A stretch of DNA of 32,000 bases from Geobacter metallireducens GS-15 (GCF_000012925.1 NC_007517.1:1230001-1262000); one strand, 5' to 3'. Positions 11,299 to 21,650 are shown, counted from the first letter of the stretch. Program-made: numbers and translations. Notes: a model not told the origin generated them from the sequence alone.

Positions 11299-11304
11299 TA
11301 TAAT
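11299..11304 (+). promoter_or_regulatory. Candidate sigma70 -10 box of the prp operon promoter
   Basis: A consensus TATAAT lies in an AT-rich stretch 41 nt upstream of the gntR ATG. The possible -35 elements TTGCTT (11274) and TTGAAA (11278) have non-ideal spacing of 19 and 15 nt. Confidence 0.4.
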
Positions 11305-11344
11305 CTTCACTTGTCACAATAAATCACAATAAGGTGTCGACAAA

Positions 11345-12049
11345 ATGAAGCATCAGGTAAACGATAACAATCAGTCCGCGACTCCCCTGACGGACCGGAT
11401 TTTTGATGTCCTTCAGGATTCGATCATCAAGGGTGAGATCCCCGCAGGGAGCAAGATTTCAGAACCAGAGCTTGCCAAAACGTATGGGGTGAGCCGGGGG
11501 ACATTGCGCGAGGCTTTGAGCCGTCTGGAAGAACGGCATCTCGTCATCCGAGCGCCGAACCATGGTGCGCGGGTCATCTCGCTTTCCTATGAGGAGCTGA
11601 TTGAAACCTATCAGGTTCGCGAAGTCCTGGGGGGGCTCGGGTGCAGGCTTGCCGTCCAGAATATGACCGACAGCGAGATCGCAGAGTTGAAAAAGCTGCT
11701 GGATGAGCATGAGAAGAGCATTGCGGAAGATCAGGGGCTTTCCTACTACCAGGAGGAAGGAGAATTCGATTTCCATTACCGGATCTTGCAGGGTAGCCGC
11801 AACAAGAGACTCTTGGCCATTCTGGATGGTGGCCTCTACCAGTTGATCCGGATGTACCGGTACCAGTTCAGCACCGACAGTCCCCGGCCCTTGCTGGCGC
11901 TCAAGGAGCACCGTCGTATCGTCGACGCCATCGAGGAGCGGGATGAAGAGTTGGCGGAGCTCCTCATGCGGCGCCATATACGGACCGCGCGCATCAGCGT
12001 CGAGGAACGGCACAAAAAAGCCATCGCAAAGGATAGTGGCAATGTCTGA
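11345..12049 (+). CDS. GntR-family (FadR/FCD subfamily) transcriptional regulator
   Basis: An N-terminal winged HTH ([32 protein letters not shown]) is followed by an all-helical FCD-type C-terminal domain. Confidence 0.88.
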   Translation: MKHQVNDNNQSATPLTDRIFDVLQDSIIKGEIPAGSKISEPELAKTYGVSRGTLREALSRLEERHLVIRAPNHGARVISLSYEELIETYQVREVLGGLGCRLAVQNMTDSEIAELKKLLDEHEKSIAEDQGLSYYQEEGEFDFHYRILQGSRNKRLLAILDGGLYQLIRMYRYQFSTDSPRPLLALKEHRRIVDAIEERDEELAELLMRRHIRTARISVEERHKKAIAKDSGNV

Positions 12050-12956
12050 GCAGATTTCCGCCGGGAAGCTTTTCCGCAGGGTCATTGATGCTGAAAAGCC
12101 GCTTCAGATTGTGGGGACGATCAACGCCTACTGCGCAATCCTGGCCGAAAAGGCCGGTCACCGGGCAATCTACCTCTCCGGCGCCGGGGTCGCGAACGCC
12201 TCGTTCGGTCTTCCCGACCTCGGTATAATCTCCCGCAGTGACGTCCTGGAGGAGGTGAGGCGGATTACCGGCGCTTCCCCCCTGCCGCTCCTGGTCGACA
12301 TCGATACGGGATGGGGAGAGGAATTCGGGATCGACCGCACGATTAAGGAGATGATTCGCGCAGGGGCGGCGGCGGTTCACCTTGAGGATCAGGTCGAACC
12401 GAAACGCTGCGGCCATCGCCCCAACAAGTCCATTGTTTCAACAGGCAGAATGGTGGACCGTATAAAGGCTGCGGTGGATGCCCGAAGCGATGGGGATCTC
12501 ATGATCATGGCCCGTACCGACGCTCTGGCGACTGCAGGGCTCGACGCCGCCGTCGAAAGGGCGGCCCTCTATGTGGAGGCCGGCGCGGAGAGCATCTTTG
12601 CGGAGGGGGTGACCGACCTTGCCATGTACCGGCGGTTTGCCGATGCCGTTGATGTGCCGCTCCTGGCCAATATGACCGAATTCGGGAAGACCCCCTACTA
12701 CACGAAAGAGCAGTTTGCTGCGCAGGGGGTCGCTATGGTGCTCTATCCCCTGAGCGCCTTCCGGGCCATGAGCAGGGCCGCACTGGAGGTGTATGAGACC
12801 ATCCTCCGCGCCGGAACCCAGGAGCCGGTTGTGGCGGCCATGCAACCCCGGGAGGAACTTTACGAACTGCTCCACTATTACGACTATGAGCGGAAGCTCG
12901 ACCGGCTGTCTTCCCGTGACGGCGTTGAAAGCGGCGAGGGGAGGGAGAAACGGTGA
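12042..12956 (+). CDS. prpB: Methylisocitrate lyase
   Basis: ATG 12042 overlaps the regulator stop by 8 nt. PEP-mutase/ICL-family motifs are present: [18 protein letters not shown], and the catalytic loop KRCGHRPNK. Confidence 0.9.
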   Translation: MSEQISAGKLFRRVIDAEKPLQIVGTINAYCAILAEKAGHRAIYLSGAGVANASFGLPDLGIISRSDVLEEVRRITGASPLPLLVDIDTGWGEEFGIDRTIKEMIRAGAAAVHLEDQVEPKRCGHRPNKSIVSTGRMVDRIKAAVDARSDGDLMIMARTDALATAGLDAAVERAALYVEAGAESIFAEGVTDLAMYRRFADAVDVPLLANMTEFGKTPYYTKEQFAAQGVAMVLYPLSAFRAMSRAALEVYETILRAGTQEPVVAAMQPREELYELLHYYDYERKLDRLSSRDGVESGEGREKR

Positions 12957-14398
12957 GCACGACTGCCGACGTGAATGTCCGGCCAGCCCCGGACCAGGTG
13001 CTGGTCGACATAGCCGAGTACGTCACGGGCTACCGGGTGACGAGCCACGAGGCCCGCGAAACTGCCCGCTACTCCCTGATAGATGCCCTCGGGTGCGGCA
13101 TGCTGGCCCTGACGTTTCCCGAGTGTACCAAGCTCCTGGGGCCGATCGTCCCCGGAATCGTCGTCCCTCTCGGCGCCCGGGTGCCGGGCACCCGTTACGA
13201 GCTTGACCCGGTCAAGGCGGCCTTTGACATTGGCTGCATCATCCGGTGGCTCGACTTCAACGACACCTGGCTGGCCGCCGAATGGGGACACCCGTCGGAC
13301 AACCTCGGGGCGATCCTGGCTGTTGCCGACCACCTGAGCCGGCGCAACGTTGCCGAAGGAAACGCTCCCGTGACCATGGGCGAGGTGTTGACCTGCATGG
13401 TCATGGCCCATGAAATCCAGGGGTGCCTGGCCCTGGAGAACAGCTTCAACCGGGTGGGGCTCGACCACGTCCTGCTGGTCAAAGTCGCCTCGACCGCGGT
13501 TGTCATGAGACTGCTCGGCGGGACAAAAGAGCAGATAATCGATGCCCTGTCCCAGGCGTGGGTCGACGGCCAGAGCCTCCGCACCTATCGCCATGCGCCC
13601 AATGCCGGCAGTCGCAAATCCTGGGCCGCGGGGGATGCCGTCAGCCGGGCCGTTCGGCTGGCCCTCATGACCCTCCAGGGGGAGAAGGGGTATCCGAGCG
13701 CGCTCACCGCCCCCACGTGGGGATTCTATGACGTATCGTTCAAGGGAAGACCGTTCCGCTTCCAGCGCCCCTTTGGCACCTACGTCATGGAAAACGTCCT
13801 CTTCAAGATCTCCTACCCTGCGGAATTCCATGCCCAGACCGCCGTTGAGGCCGCAGTGAAGCTCCATCCCCAAGTGCGGGAGCGACTCTCGGACATCGAA
13901 AAGATCGTCATCACCACCCACGAATCCGCCATCCGCATCATCAGCAAGACCGGCAAACTCCATAACCCGGCGGACCGGGACCACTGCCTCCAGTATATGA
14001 CCGCCATCGGGCTCATTTTCGGGAACCTGACCGCCGACCATTACGAAGAGAAGGCTGCGGCCGATCCCCGCATCGATCCCCTGCGGGAGCGGATGGAGGT
14101 GGTGGAAGAGCCGCGTTACAGCCGCGAGTATCTTGAGCCGGACAAACGTTCCATCGCCAATGCCGTCCAGGTGTTCTTCCGTGACGGCTCCTGCACCGAG
14201 CGCGTGGAGGTGGAATATCCCCTGGGGCATCGCCGCCGCCGTGCCGAGGGGATCCCACTCCTGCTGGAGAAATTCCGGGCGAACCTCTCTGCGCGTTTCC
14301 CGGAAGAACGGCTCCGGCGGATAGTCGCCTGCTGCCAGGATCAGCAGCGGCTGGAGAATACTCCCGTGAATGAATTCATGGAATTGTTTCTTATCTGA
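12953..14398 (+). CDS. prpD: 2-methylcitrate dehydratase
   Basis: A GTG start overlaps the prpB stop (GTGA). The product is a 481-aa MmgE/PrpD-family protein (LIDALGCG ... [17 protein letters not shown] ... YPLGHRRRR). Confidence 0.9.
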   Translation: MSTTADVNVRPAPDQVLVDIAEYVTGYRVTSHEARETARYSLIDALGCGMLALTFPECTKLLGPIVPGIVVPLGARVPGTRYELDPVKAAFDIGCIIRWLDFNDTWLAAEWGHPSDNLGAILAVADHLSRRNVAEGNAPVTMGEVLTCMVMAHEIQGCLALENSFNRVGLDHVLLVKVASTAVVMRLLGGTKEQIIDALSQAWVDGQSLRTYRHAPNAGSRKSWAAGDAVSRAVRLALMTLQGEKGYPSALTAPTWGFYDVSFKGRPFRFQRPFGTYVMENVLFKISYPAEFHAQTAVEAAVKLHPQVRERLSDIEKIVITTHESAIRIISKTGKLHNPADRDHCLQYMTAIGLIFGNLTADHYEEKAAADPRIDPLRERMEVVEEPRYSREYLEPDKRSIANAVQVFFRDGSCTERVEVEYPLGHRRRRAEGIPLLLEKFRANLSARFPEERLRRIVACCQDQQRLENTPVNEFMELFLI

Positions 14399-14475
14399 TC
14401 ATCGTCGAAAGGAGGTTGTGAAGTTGTGTAGCGTTGGTTGATTTTAATGCAATTAAGGAAAGGAGAGTTAGTACG

Positions 14476-15792
14476 ATGGGATTAAAAGAAACGCTTAAGC
14501 AGAAAATCGAGGAATTTCGCCCCCGCACCACCAGGCTTGTCAAAGAGTTCGGCAAGGTCAAGATCGATGAGGTCACCATCGAGCAGTGTATCGGCGGCGC
14601 CCGCGACATTCGCAGTCTCGTGACCGATATCTCCTACCTGGACCCCCAGGAGGGAATCCGGTTCCGCGGCAAGACCATTCCCGAGACCTTTGCCGCCCTC
14701 CCCAAGGCGCCGGGTTCTGATTACCCGACAGTCGAATCCTTCTGGTATTTCCTGCTGACGGGGGAGGTTCCCACCCAGGCCCAGGTGGATGAAGTGCTGA
14801 CCGAATGGAAGGTTCGCCAGGAAGTTCCTCAGTATGTTTTCGATACCATCCGGACCCTGCCCCGGGACAGCCATCCCATGGCAATGCTCTCGGTGGGCAT
14901 CACCGCCATGCAGCGGGACTCGAAGTTCGCCGCCCTCTACAATGCCGGCAAATTCAACAAACTCTCTGCGTGGGAATCCGTGTACGAGGACGCCTGCGAC
15001 ATCGTCGCCCGCATTCCGGTCATCGCCGCATTCATCTATAACCTGAAGTACAAGGGCGACAAGCAGATCGCCATCGATCCCGCGCTGGACATGGGGGCAA
15101 ATTTCGCCCACATGATCGACCAGGGCGATGCGTACAAGGATGTGGCACGGATGTACTTTATCCTCCACTCCGACCACGAATCCGGCAACGTCTCCGCCCA
15201 CACCACCCACCTGGTGCATTCCGCCCTGTCCGACCCCTACTATGCCTATGCCGCCGGGTTGAACGGCCTGGCCGGTCCGCTCCACGGCCGCGCCAACCAG
15301 GAAGTGCTCGACTGGACCATCAAGTTCCAGGAGAAGTACTGCAAGGACCAGGAACCGACCAAGGAGCTCATCACCAGGGCGCTGTGGGATACCCTCAACT
15401 CCGGTCAGGTCATCCCCGGCTACGGCCATGCCGTCCTGCGCAAAACCGATCCCCGCTACATTTCCCAGCGGGAGTTCTGCCAGAAGCACCTCCCGGAGGA
15501 TCCCCTCTTCAAACTGGTTTCCATGATCTTCGAGGTGGCTCCGGGCGTCCTCACCGAGCACGGCAAGACCAAGAATCCCTGGCCCAACGTCGATGCCCAG
15601 TCCGGCGTCATCCAGTGGCACTACGGGGTCAAGGAATGGGATTTCTACACCGTTCTCTTCGGTGTCGGCCGGGCTCTCGGCTGCATGGCAAACATCACCT
15701 GGGACCGGGGACTCGGCTATGCCATCGAGCGCCCGAAATCGGTAACCACCCCCATGCTCGAAGAGTGGGCCGCTAAAGGTGGCCGTCTGTAG
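14476..15792 (+). CDS. Eukaryotic-type citrate synthase homolog, probably acting as 2-methylcitrate synthase
   Basis: ATG 14476 lies 9 nt after an aaggaaaggagag RBS (the TTG 14434 start in the ORF track is less likely). Citrate-synthase catalytic motifs HSDHESGNVSAHT and GYGHAVLRKTDPR are present. The functional role is inferred from operon context. Confidence 0.82.
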   Translation: MGLKETLKQKIEEFRPRTTRLVKEFGKVKIDEVTIEQCIGGARDIRSLVTDISYLDPQEGIRFRGKTIPETFAALPKAPGSDYPTVESFWYFLLTGEVPTQAQVDEVLTEWKVRQEVPQYVFDTIRTLPRDSHPMAMLSVGITAMQRDSKFAALYNAGKFNKLSAWESVYEDACDIVARIPVIAAFIYNLKYKGDKQIAIDPALDMGANFAHMIDQGDAYKDVARMYFILHSDHESGNVSAHTTHLVHSALSDPYYAYAAGLNGLAGPLHGRANQEVLDWTIKFQEKYCKDQEPTKELITRALWDTLNSGQVIPGYGHAVLRKTDPRYISQREFCQKHLPEDPLFKLVSMIFEVAPGVLTEHGKTKNPWPNVDAQSGVIQWHYGVKEWDFYTVLFGVGRALGCMANITWDRGLGYAIERPKSVTTPMLEEWAAKGGRL

Positions 15793-15849
15793 TATCCGCG
15801 GTAAATGCGTAGCTTTACCGTATACATAGAAAACAAACAGGAGTTTACA

Positions 15850-17445
15850 ATGGCAAAATACGGAACACTGCAGGAGCGCGTGCGCTGCACGTCATTGCTG
15901 GGCAAAGTCATGAAGGCGGAAGAAACCATCCCCTTCTTCAAGAACGGGATGAACCTCGGCTGGTCGGGCTTCACCCCCGCCGGGTATCCCAAAGCGGTCC
16001 CCATCGCCCTCGCCGACCATGTGGAGAAGAACAACCTCCAGGGGAAACTGCGCTTCAGCATCTTCACCGGGGCATCGGTCGGGGCCGAAACGGAAGACCG
16101 CTGGGCGACCCTGGACATGATCGACCGCCGCTGGCCGTACCAGACCGGCAAGAACATCGCCGCAGGGATCAATGAGGGACGTATCCGGATGGGGGACAAA
16201 CACCTCTCCCTCTTCGCCCAGGATCTCGGTTACGGCTTTTACACAAAGGACACCCCGAGCGGCAAGCTGGATCTGGCGATTATCGAGGTGTCGGCAATTA
16301 CGGAGGACGGCGGGCTCGTGCCGACCTCTTCCGGCGGTGTCATCCCCGAAATCCTCATGATGTGCGACCACGTCATCGTCGAGGTCAATGTCGGGCAGCC
16401 CTCCTTCGAGGGGATGCATGACAACATCATCTGCGACAACCCGCCGAACAGGCAGGTCCTGAACATCACGAGGGCAGATTCCCGGATCGGCACCACCGCT
16501 GTCCCGTGCGATCCATCCAAGATCATTGCCGTTGTGGAGTCGGAGTATCGGGACAACGGCCGGGCCTTTTCCGAACAGGACGAGACATCCGAGGCCATAG
16601 CCAACCACATCATCGACTTCTTCAGCCACGAAGTGAAGGCCGGCCGCCTGCCGAAAAATCTCCTGCCGCTCCAGTCGGGGGTCGGCTCCATCGCCAACGC
16701 CGTCATCGGCGGCCTGGCCAAGGGGCCATTCAGCGATCTCAGCGTCTACACCGAGGTGTTGCAGGATACCATGCTCGACCTGATCGATTCGGGCAAGCTC
16801 AACTGCGCCTCGTCCTGCTCGCTCTCCCTTTCCAAGGATGAGGGGTTCCCGCGCTTCTTTGCCAACATGGACAAGTATGCGAACAAAATCCTGCTCCGTC
16901 CGCTTTCCATCTCCAACGCACCGGAACCCATCCGGCGACTCGGTGTTATCGCCATGAACACCCCGGTGGAGATCGATATCTACGCCCACGCCAACTCGAC
17001 CCTCGTCGGTGGGACGAGGATGATCAACGGTATCGGCGGCTCCGGTGATTTCCTCCGCAACGGCTATCTCAAGATCATGCACACCCCGTCGAGCCGCCCC
17101 ACCAAGACCGATCCCACCGGCATCACCTGTGTCGTGCCCCACTGCTCCCACATCGACCACACGGAGCACGACCTCGATTGCGTGGTGACCGAGCAGGGTC
17201 TTGCCGATCTGCGGGGGCTGGCGCCGAAGGAGCGCGCCCGGCGCATTATCGAGAAGTGCGCCCATCCCGACTACAAGCCGATCCTCTTCGCGTATCTGGA
17301 AATTGCGACCAAGGAGTGCATGGCGCGGAAGGTGGGCCACGAGCCCCAGGTGTGGGATCGCGCCTTCAAAATGCAGCTGAATCTGGCCCAGAACGGCACC
17401 ATGAAGATCAAAAACTGGGATATGAAGATAGACCTGTGTGAATAA
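15850..17445 (+). CDS. Acetyl-CoA hydrolase/transferase-family CoA-transferase (succinyl-CoA:acetate/propionate type)
   Basis: ATG 15850 follows an aaacaggag RBS. The product is 531 aa and the family is recognisable from GWSGFTPAGYPKAVP and GIGGSGDFLRN. It resembles the Geobacter succinyl:acetate CoA-transferases. Confidence 0.82.
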   Translation: MAKYGTLQERVRCTSLLGKVMKAEETIPFFKNGMNLGWSGFTPAGYPKAVPIALADHVEKNNLQGKLRFSIFTGASVGAETEDRWATLDMIDRRWPYQTGKNIAAGINEGRIRMGDKHLSLFAQDLGYGFYTKDTPSGKLDLAIIEVSAITEDGGLVPTSSGGVIPEILMMCDHVIVEVNVGQPSFEGMHDNIICDNPPNRQVLNITRADSRIGTTAVPCDPSKIIAVVESEYRDNGRAFSEQDETSEAIANHIIDFFSHEVKAGRLPKNLLPLQSGVGSIANAVIGGLAKGPFSDLSVYTEVLQDTMLDLIDSGKLNCASSCSLSLSKDEGFPRFFANMDKYANKILLRPLSISNAPEPIRRLGVIAMNTPVEIDIYAHANSTLVGGTRMINGIGGSGDFLRNGYLKIMHTPSSRPTKTDPTGITCVVPHCSHIDHTEHDLDCVVTEQGLADLRGLAPKERARRIIEKCAHPDYKPILFAYLEIATKECMARKVGHEPQVWDRAFKMQLNLAQNGTMKIKNWDMKIDLCE

Positions 17446-17475
17446 CCACGCGACGCTGATAAGGAGGTGTTAATT

Positions 17476-18087
17476 ATGGCCACAAATCCGCAAGACACGG
17501 CTGCTGTATTCGAACTGAACGATACGACGGCCAATCCGGCGCCGCTCGGGCTGCTGGGCTTCGGGATGACGACCGTTCTGCTCAATTTGCACAATGCCGG
17601 GATGTTTCCCATGGATGCCATGATACTGAGCATGGGAATTTTCTATGGCGGCCTGGGGCAAATCATCGTCGGCATCATGGAATGGAGAAAAAACAATACG
17701 TTCGGAGCGACCGCCTTCACATCCTATGGCCTCTTCTGGCTCACCCTGGTGGCGCTGATCATCCTTCCGAACACCGGCTTCATCCAGGCGCCCGACAATT
17801 CTGCCATGACCGCGTACCTCGTCATGTGGGGGCTTTTTACCGGTGTGCTCTTTGTGGGAACCTTGAGGATGAACAAGGCGCTCCAGGTCGTGTTCGGCTC
17901 GTTGACGGTCTTGTTCTTCCTCCTCGCGGCTGGTGATGCAACCGGAAACCACGCCATCAAGATCATCGCCGGTTATGAAGGGATTTTCTGCGGTCTGTCC
18001 GCCATATATGCCGGACTGGCCCAGGTCATCAACGAGGTCTACGGGAGAACAGTCGCTCCTCTCGGCCTGGTACGCCAACTGGGGTAA
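17476..18087 (+). CDS. satP: GPR1/FUN34/YaaH-family acetate/succinate(-propionate?) channel
   Basis: ATG 17476 lies 8 nt after an aaggagg RBS. The family signature [14 protein letters not shown] is present, with six predicted TM helices in ~200 aa. Confidence 0.85.
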   Translation: MATNPQDTAAVFELNDTTANPAPLGLLGFGMTTVLLNLHNAGMFPMDAMILSMGIFYGGLGQIIVGIMEWRKNNTFGATAFTSYGLFWLTLVALIILPNTGFIQAPDNSAMTAYLVMWGLFTGVLFVGTLRMNKALQVVFGSLTVLFFLLAAGDATGNHAIKIIAGYEGIFCGLSAIYAGLAQVINEVYGRTVAPLGLVRQLG

Positions 18088-18110
18088 TTTAATCTACTAC
18101 CGGCTGGTAA

Positions 18111-18144
18111 AAAAGGGAGATGGGTCGCCATCTCCCTTTTCATT
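18111..18144. terminator. Bidirectional Rho-independent terminator between satP and sfsA
   Basis: aaaaGGGAGATGG-gtcg-CCATCTCCCtttt gives a 9-bp GC-rich stem with a tetraloop. There is a T-run on the + strand and an A-run upstream, which reads as a T-run on the - strand. Confidence 0.75.
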
Positions 18145-18276
18145 GGTGGTGCCTCCGCCAGTATGTTGGAGCTCAATTGTAACGCGGCTCGACGCAAAGC
18201 CAAAACGCAATGTGCAATATTTTACATTAAAATCAGTCGGTTAGGGTTTTAGGGCGGACGCTGGCTGGCTCCCTGA

Positions 18277-18975
18277 CTACAGAATCACCGGTAGCCGCTC
18301 CGTAAGCCGGATCTCCTCCGGCGTCACCAGTGCCCGGTAGGCGAGGGCCTCGACGCCGTTCGCCACGGCCAGCCGGAGGAGCTGTCCATATTTCGGGTCA
18401 ATGGCGTCGGCCGGTGAAACAGCCTCGCCGTCCCCCCGCTGCACCACGTAGAAAATCACCCCGCGATCTCCCCGCCGCACCATCTCCATCAGCTCCCGCA
18501 GGTGCTTCTGCCCCCGTTCCGTCACGGCGTCGGGGAAGAGGGCCCGTTCTCCTTCCACCAGCGTCACGTTCTTCACCTCCACCCAGCAGCGCCCCGGCTC
18601 ACCTTCCAGCAGCAGATCGATCCGGCTCCTTTCTTCCCCGTAGCGCACCTCGGGGCGGATGCTCCCGTATCCCTGAAGCTCCGTCACGGTGCCGTCCTCG
18701 ATGGCCTCTCGCACGAGCCGGTTCGGCAGCCCCGTGTTGATCCCGGCCCAGAAGCCGTCGGCCATGACCAGTTCCCAGGTGTAGGCCAGCTTGCGGGCCG
18801 GATTTGTGCTTTTCGAGAGCCAGACCAGGCTGCCGGGAAGGTTGCACCCTTTCATGCTTCCCGAGTTGGGGCAGTGGGCGGTGACAATGGTGCCGTCGGC
18901 CAGTTGCACGTCGGCCAGGAAGCGTTGGTAGCGGCGGACGAGGGTGCCGGGGTAGAGGGGGGTGGGGAGTCGCAT
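18277..18975 (-). CDS. sfsA: Sugar fermentation stimulation protein A (SfsA nuclease-like DNA-binding protein), intact copy
   Basis: Starting from [23 protein letters not shown] gives 232 aa, typical of SfsA. The 42-codon upstream extension in the ORF track (to 19101) is AT-rich and was not used. Confidence 0.88.
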   Translation of the reverse strand: MRLPTPLYPGTLVRRYQRFLADVQLADGTIVTAHCPNSGSMKGCNLPGSLVWLSKSTNPARKLAYTWELVMADGFWAGINTGLPNRLVREAIEDGTVTELQGYGSIRPEVRYGEERSRIDLLLEGEPGRCWVEVKNVTLVEGERALFPDAVTERGQKHLRELMEMVRRGDRGVIFYVVQRGDGEAVSPADAIDPKYGQLLRLAVANGVEALAYRALVTPEEIRLTERLPVIL

Positions 18976-19211
18976 GGTAGGTTGTGTAGCATGGTCTGCC
19001 GCCGCGGACAAGCTGTAAAGGGGAGGAACAAGGAAAATGAGCACAGCCTTATTGACACGGGATAAAACTCTGTTATTTGGTTTAAAACAATCCGGAATCA
19101 CAGGGCTTTTCCGATTCGCCTTCCGAGGCTGTTCCCCGCGATAAAACGATGATGCCAGAAGCAGTTACACCGTATTGCCGTATGTAAACACTGACGAAAG
19201 GAGTTCAGACG

Positions 19212-21128
19212 ATGCCTACGTATCTTCACCCGGGTGTGTATGTGGAGGAGATCCCGAGCGGTTCCCGCCCCATCGAAGGGGTCGGGACGTCCACCGCGGC
19301 GTTTGTCGGCTACACCACGAAGGGGCCGGTGGCCGAACCGACGCTGCTGTTCAAGTGGAGCGACTACGAGGAGCAGTTCGGCGGTATCCGCGATCTGGGG
19401 AAATCGGCCACGGGCGACCCCATGGGGTTCGCGGTCTACAGCTTTTTTCAGAACGGGGGGACCGCCGCCTACATCGTGCGGGCCATCACGGAGGGGAGCG
19501 CCGACACTGCTGAAGGGTTCCTCGTGAATCCCGACGATGCCACCCAGATTATCCGCTTCGCGGCAGCCAATCCGGGTGAATGGGGGAATGAGCTGCGGAT
19601 CAGGTTCGAGGCCAAGGCGGATGCCCCCGGCTATTACACCCTGCGGGCTGGCGTCATGGACGGGACCGAGTTCAAGGAGCGGGAGCGGTTCAACGACCTG
19701 ACCGTGGCCGACGACGGTGCTCCTGACTTCATCGAGAGCAAGGTGAACGATGCCTCGACGCTGATCAGCGTGGAGATGCAGGCGATCAGCCAGTACCTCC
19801 TGGGGGTGAGCATCAGCCAGGACCTGTCGGCCGTGGCCGACTTCAGCGTGCTCAACGACCTGACCATGACCGTCACCGTGGACGGCACCGCACGGGCGGT
19901 GACCTTTGGCGCCACCGAGTTCAGCGCCACTAGCACTCTGGCCGACGTGGCCGGGATTATTCAGGCCCAGGTGCGGGGTGCAGTGGTGGCCAACCCTGCG
20001 GTGCGCGACTTTACCTGTGCGGTGGACGGCAACCAGCTCGTCCTTACCTCCGGCACACGTCTTACCACTTCATCGGCGGTGGTTACCGGGCCGGGCGACG
20101 CCACCGACGCCTCCACCACACTCTTGCTGGGGCTCGCCAACGACGGTACCGAGCGGACCGGCCAGCAGTCCCTGGACGCCATGCTCTCGGGGATCGCCGG
20201 CCAGGTCTCCCTTGCCGGAGGGACCAACGGCAGCGAACCCGACAAGAACGCCTACGACGATATCTTCGCAGCCTTCGAGAAGGTGCGCGACATCAGCATC
20301 CTCTGCCTACCGGGCCAGGCCTGGGATTCCACTACCGAGCAGTCGATCATCGATGCCGCCGTGGCCCATGCCGAGAAGATGCGGAGCCGCATGGTCATCA
20401 TCGACCCCCCCGAGGGGACCGAACTCAGGACCGAGAAAGCGGTCAACGACCTGGGGTTCAAGCCCAAGACCTACTCGGTGGTCTACTACCCCTGGGCCAA
20501 AGTGGCCAACCCCTTCTACAACGCCGAGAGGAACCCCGGCGTCCCCTCAACGCTTCTCGTGCCCCCCAGCGGCTTTGCGGCGGGGATGTGGGCCAAGATC
20601 GACGGCCGGCGCGGCGTCTGGAAGGCCCCGGCGGGGGTCGAGACGTCGCTCCTCGGCGTGGCCGGCCTCCAGTACCCGGTGGAGGATGGGGAGCAGGACT
20701 CCCTCAACCCCCTCGGTGTCAACTGCCTCCGGAAGATGCCGGGCTTCGGGCCGGTCATCTGGGGGAGCCGCACCCTGGCCACCAAGGCCGACCCCGAGTG
20801 GCGCTACGTCCCCATCCGGCGCACCGCCATCATGATCGAGCAGAGCATCTACAACGGCATCCAGTGGGCGGTCTTCGAGCCCAACAACCACAACCTCTGG
20901 GCCTCGCTGCGGGCCAACATCGGCTCCTTCATGGACGGGCTCTTCCGGGCCGGCGCCTTCCAGGGGGAAAAGGCCAACGACGCCTACTTCGTCCGCTGCG
21001 GCCTGGGTGACACCATGACCCAGGGTGACATCGACCGGGGCCAGGTCATCGTCATCGTCGGCTTCGCTCCCCTGAAACCGGCCGAGTTCGTCATTGTCCG
21101 CATCCAGCAGAAGGTTGCTGAACAATAA
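19212..21128 (+). CDS. Contractile tail sheath protein (eCIS Afp2-4/P2 FI-like), with a large internal insertion
   Basis: The N-terminus MPTYLHPGVYVEEIPSG is characteristic of sheath proteins. The C-terminal sheath core is also recognisable (YYPWAKV, PPSGFAAGMWAKIDGRRGVWKAPAG, GVNCLR..PGFGPVIWGSRTL). An aaaggag RBS is present. Confidence 0.92.
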   Translation: MPTYLHPGVYVEEIPSGSRPIEGVGTSTAAFVGYTTKGPVAEPTLLFKWSDYEEQFGGIRDLGKSATGDPMGFAVYSFFQNGGTAAYIVRAITEGSADTAEGFLVNPDDATQIIRFAAANPGEWGNELRIRFEAKADAPGYYTLRAGVMDGTEFKERERFNDLTVADDGAPDFIESKVNDASTLISVEMQAISQYLLGVSISQDLSAVADFSVLNDLTMTVTVDGTARAVTFGATEFSATSTLADVAGIIQAQVRGAVVANPAVRDFTCAVDGNQLVLTSGTRLTTSSAVVTGPGDATDASTTLLLGLANDGTERTGQQSLDAMLSGIAGQVSLAGGTNGSEPDKNAYDDIFAAFEKVRDISILCLPGQAWDSTTEQSIIDAAVAHAEKMRSRMVIIDPPEGTELRTEKAVNDLGFKPKTYSVVYYPWAKVANPFYNAERNPGVPSTLLVPPSGFAAGMWAKIDGRRGVWKAPAGVETSLLGVAGLQYPVEDGEQDSLNPLGVNCLRKMPGFGPVIWGSRTLATKADPEWRYVPIRRTAIMIEQSIYNGIQWAVFEPNNHNLWASLRANIGSFMDGLFRAGAFQGEKANDAYFVRCGLGDTMTQGDIDRGQVIVIVGFAPLKPAEFVIVRIQQKVAEQ

Positions 21129-21140
21129 AGGAGGATACTG

Positions 21141-21650
21141 ATGGCTGCACCGCTCTTTCCTGTAAACACCCATCGTCACGATCCCTACCGCACCTTCAAG
21201 TTCCAGGTCGTCATCGACGGCAAGGTGGTGGCGGGGCTGAAGAAAATGGGAGCCCTCAAGAAGAAGACGACGCCGGTGAAGTGGCGCGCCTCCAATGATC
21301 CGTCCCACGAGCGGGTCATGCCGGGGGGCACAAGCTACGACCCGGTTACCCTTGAGCAGGGGCTTACTCACGACCCGGTCTTCGAGACCTGGGCGAACCT
21401 GGTGAACAACATCCAGGGGGATGCCGGCATGTCCCTGAAGAACTACCGCAAGGACATTATCATCAACGTCCTGAACCTCCAGGGGAAGGTGGCCATTTCC
21501 TACAAGCTCTACCGGGCCTGGGTCTCCGACTACCAGGCGCTCCCGGACCTGGACGCCGGCAACATGAACACCATCGGCATCCAGACCATAACCCTGCAGC
21601 ATGAGGGGTGGGAGCGCGACACCAGCGTCGCCGAGCCGGCTGAGACCTGA
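21141..21650 (+). CDS. Tail tube protein (T4 gp19-like / Afp1-type)
   Basis: The sequence DPYRTFKFQVVIDGKVVAGLKKMGALK...VKWR and the 169 aa size fit the conserved phage tail region tube family. An aaggagga RBS is present. Confidence 0.9.
   Translation: MAAPLFPVNTHRHDPYRTFKFQVVIDGKVVAGLKKMGALKKKTTPVKWRASNDPSHERVMPGGTSYDPVTLEQGLTHDPVFETWANLVNNIQGDAGMSLKNYRKDIIINVLNLQGKVAISYKLYRAWVSDYQALPDLDAGNMNTIGIQTITLQHEGWERDTSVAEPAET

Noticed and set aside
15799-15820. The hairpin CGGTAAA-N8-TTTACCG between the citrate-synthase-like gene and the CoA-transferase gene.
   Set aside because: It has only a 7-bp AT-containing stem and no U-tract. At most it is an mRNA-stability or processing element, and there is not enough evidence to call it a terminator or attenuator.
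19052-19080. A possible sigma70 promoter for the eCIS operon, with a perfect TTGACA -35 at 19052-19057.
   Set aside because: Only poor -10 candidates (TATTTG/ATTTGG) occur at 16-17 nt spacing. It is plausible but not supportable from sequence alone, so it is not listed as a feature.
18976-19101. A 42-codon N-terminal extension of sfsA (track ORF 18277-19101). Similar upstream extensions appear in track ORFs 576, 3725, 11943, 14434, 15805, 25887, 29021 and 29514.
   Set aside because: The extensions overlap upstream genes or AT-rich/non-coding-looking sequence and lack RBSs. The internal starts give canonical N-termini, RBS spacing and stop/start coupling.
19165-19178. A sigma54-like element TTACAC-N4-TTGC upstream of the sheath gene.
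   Set aside because: It lacks the invariant GG of the -24 box, and the spacing is one nucleotide short of TGGCAC-N5-TTGC.
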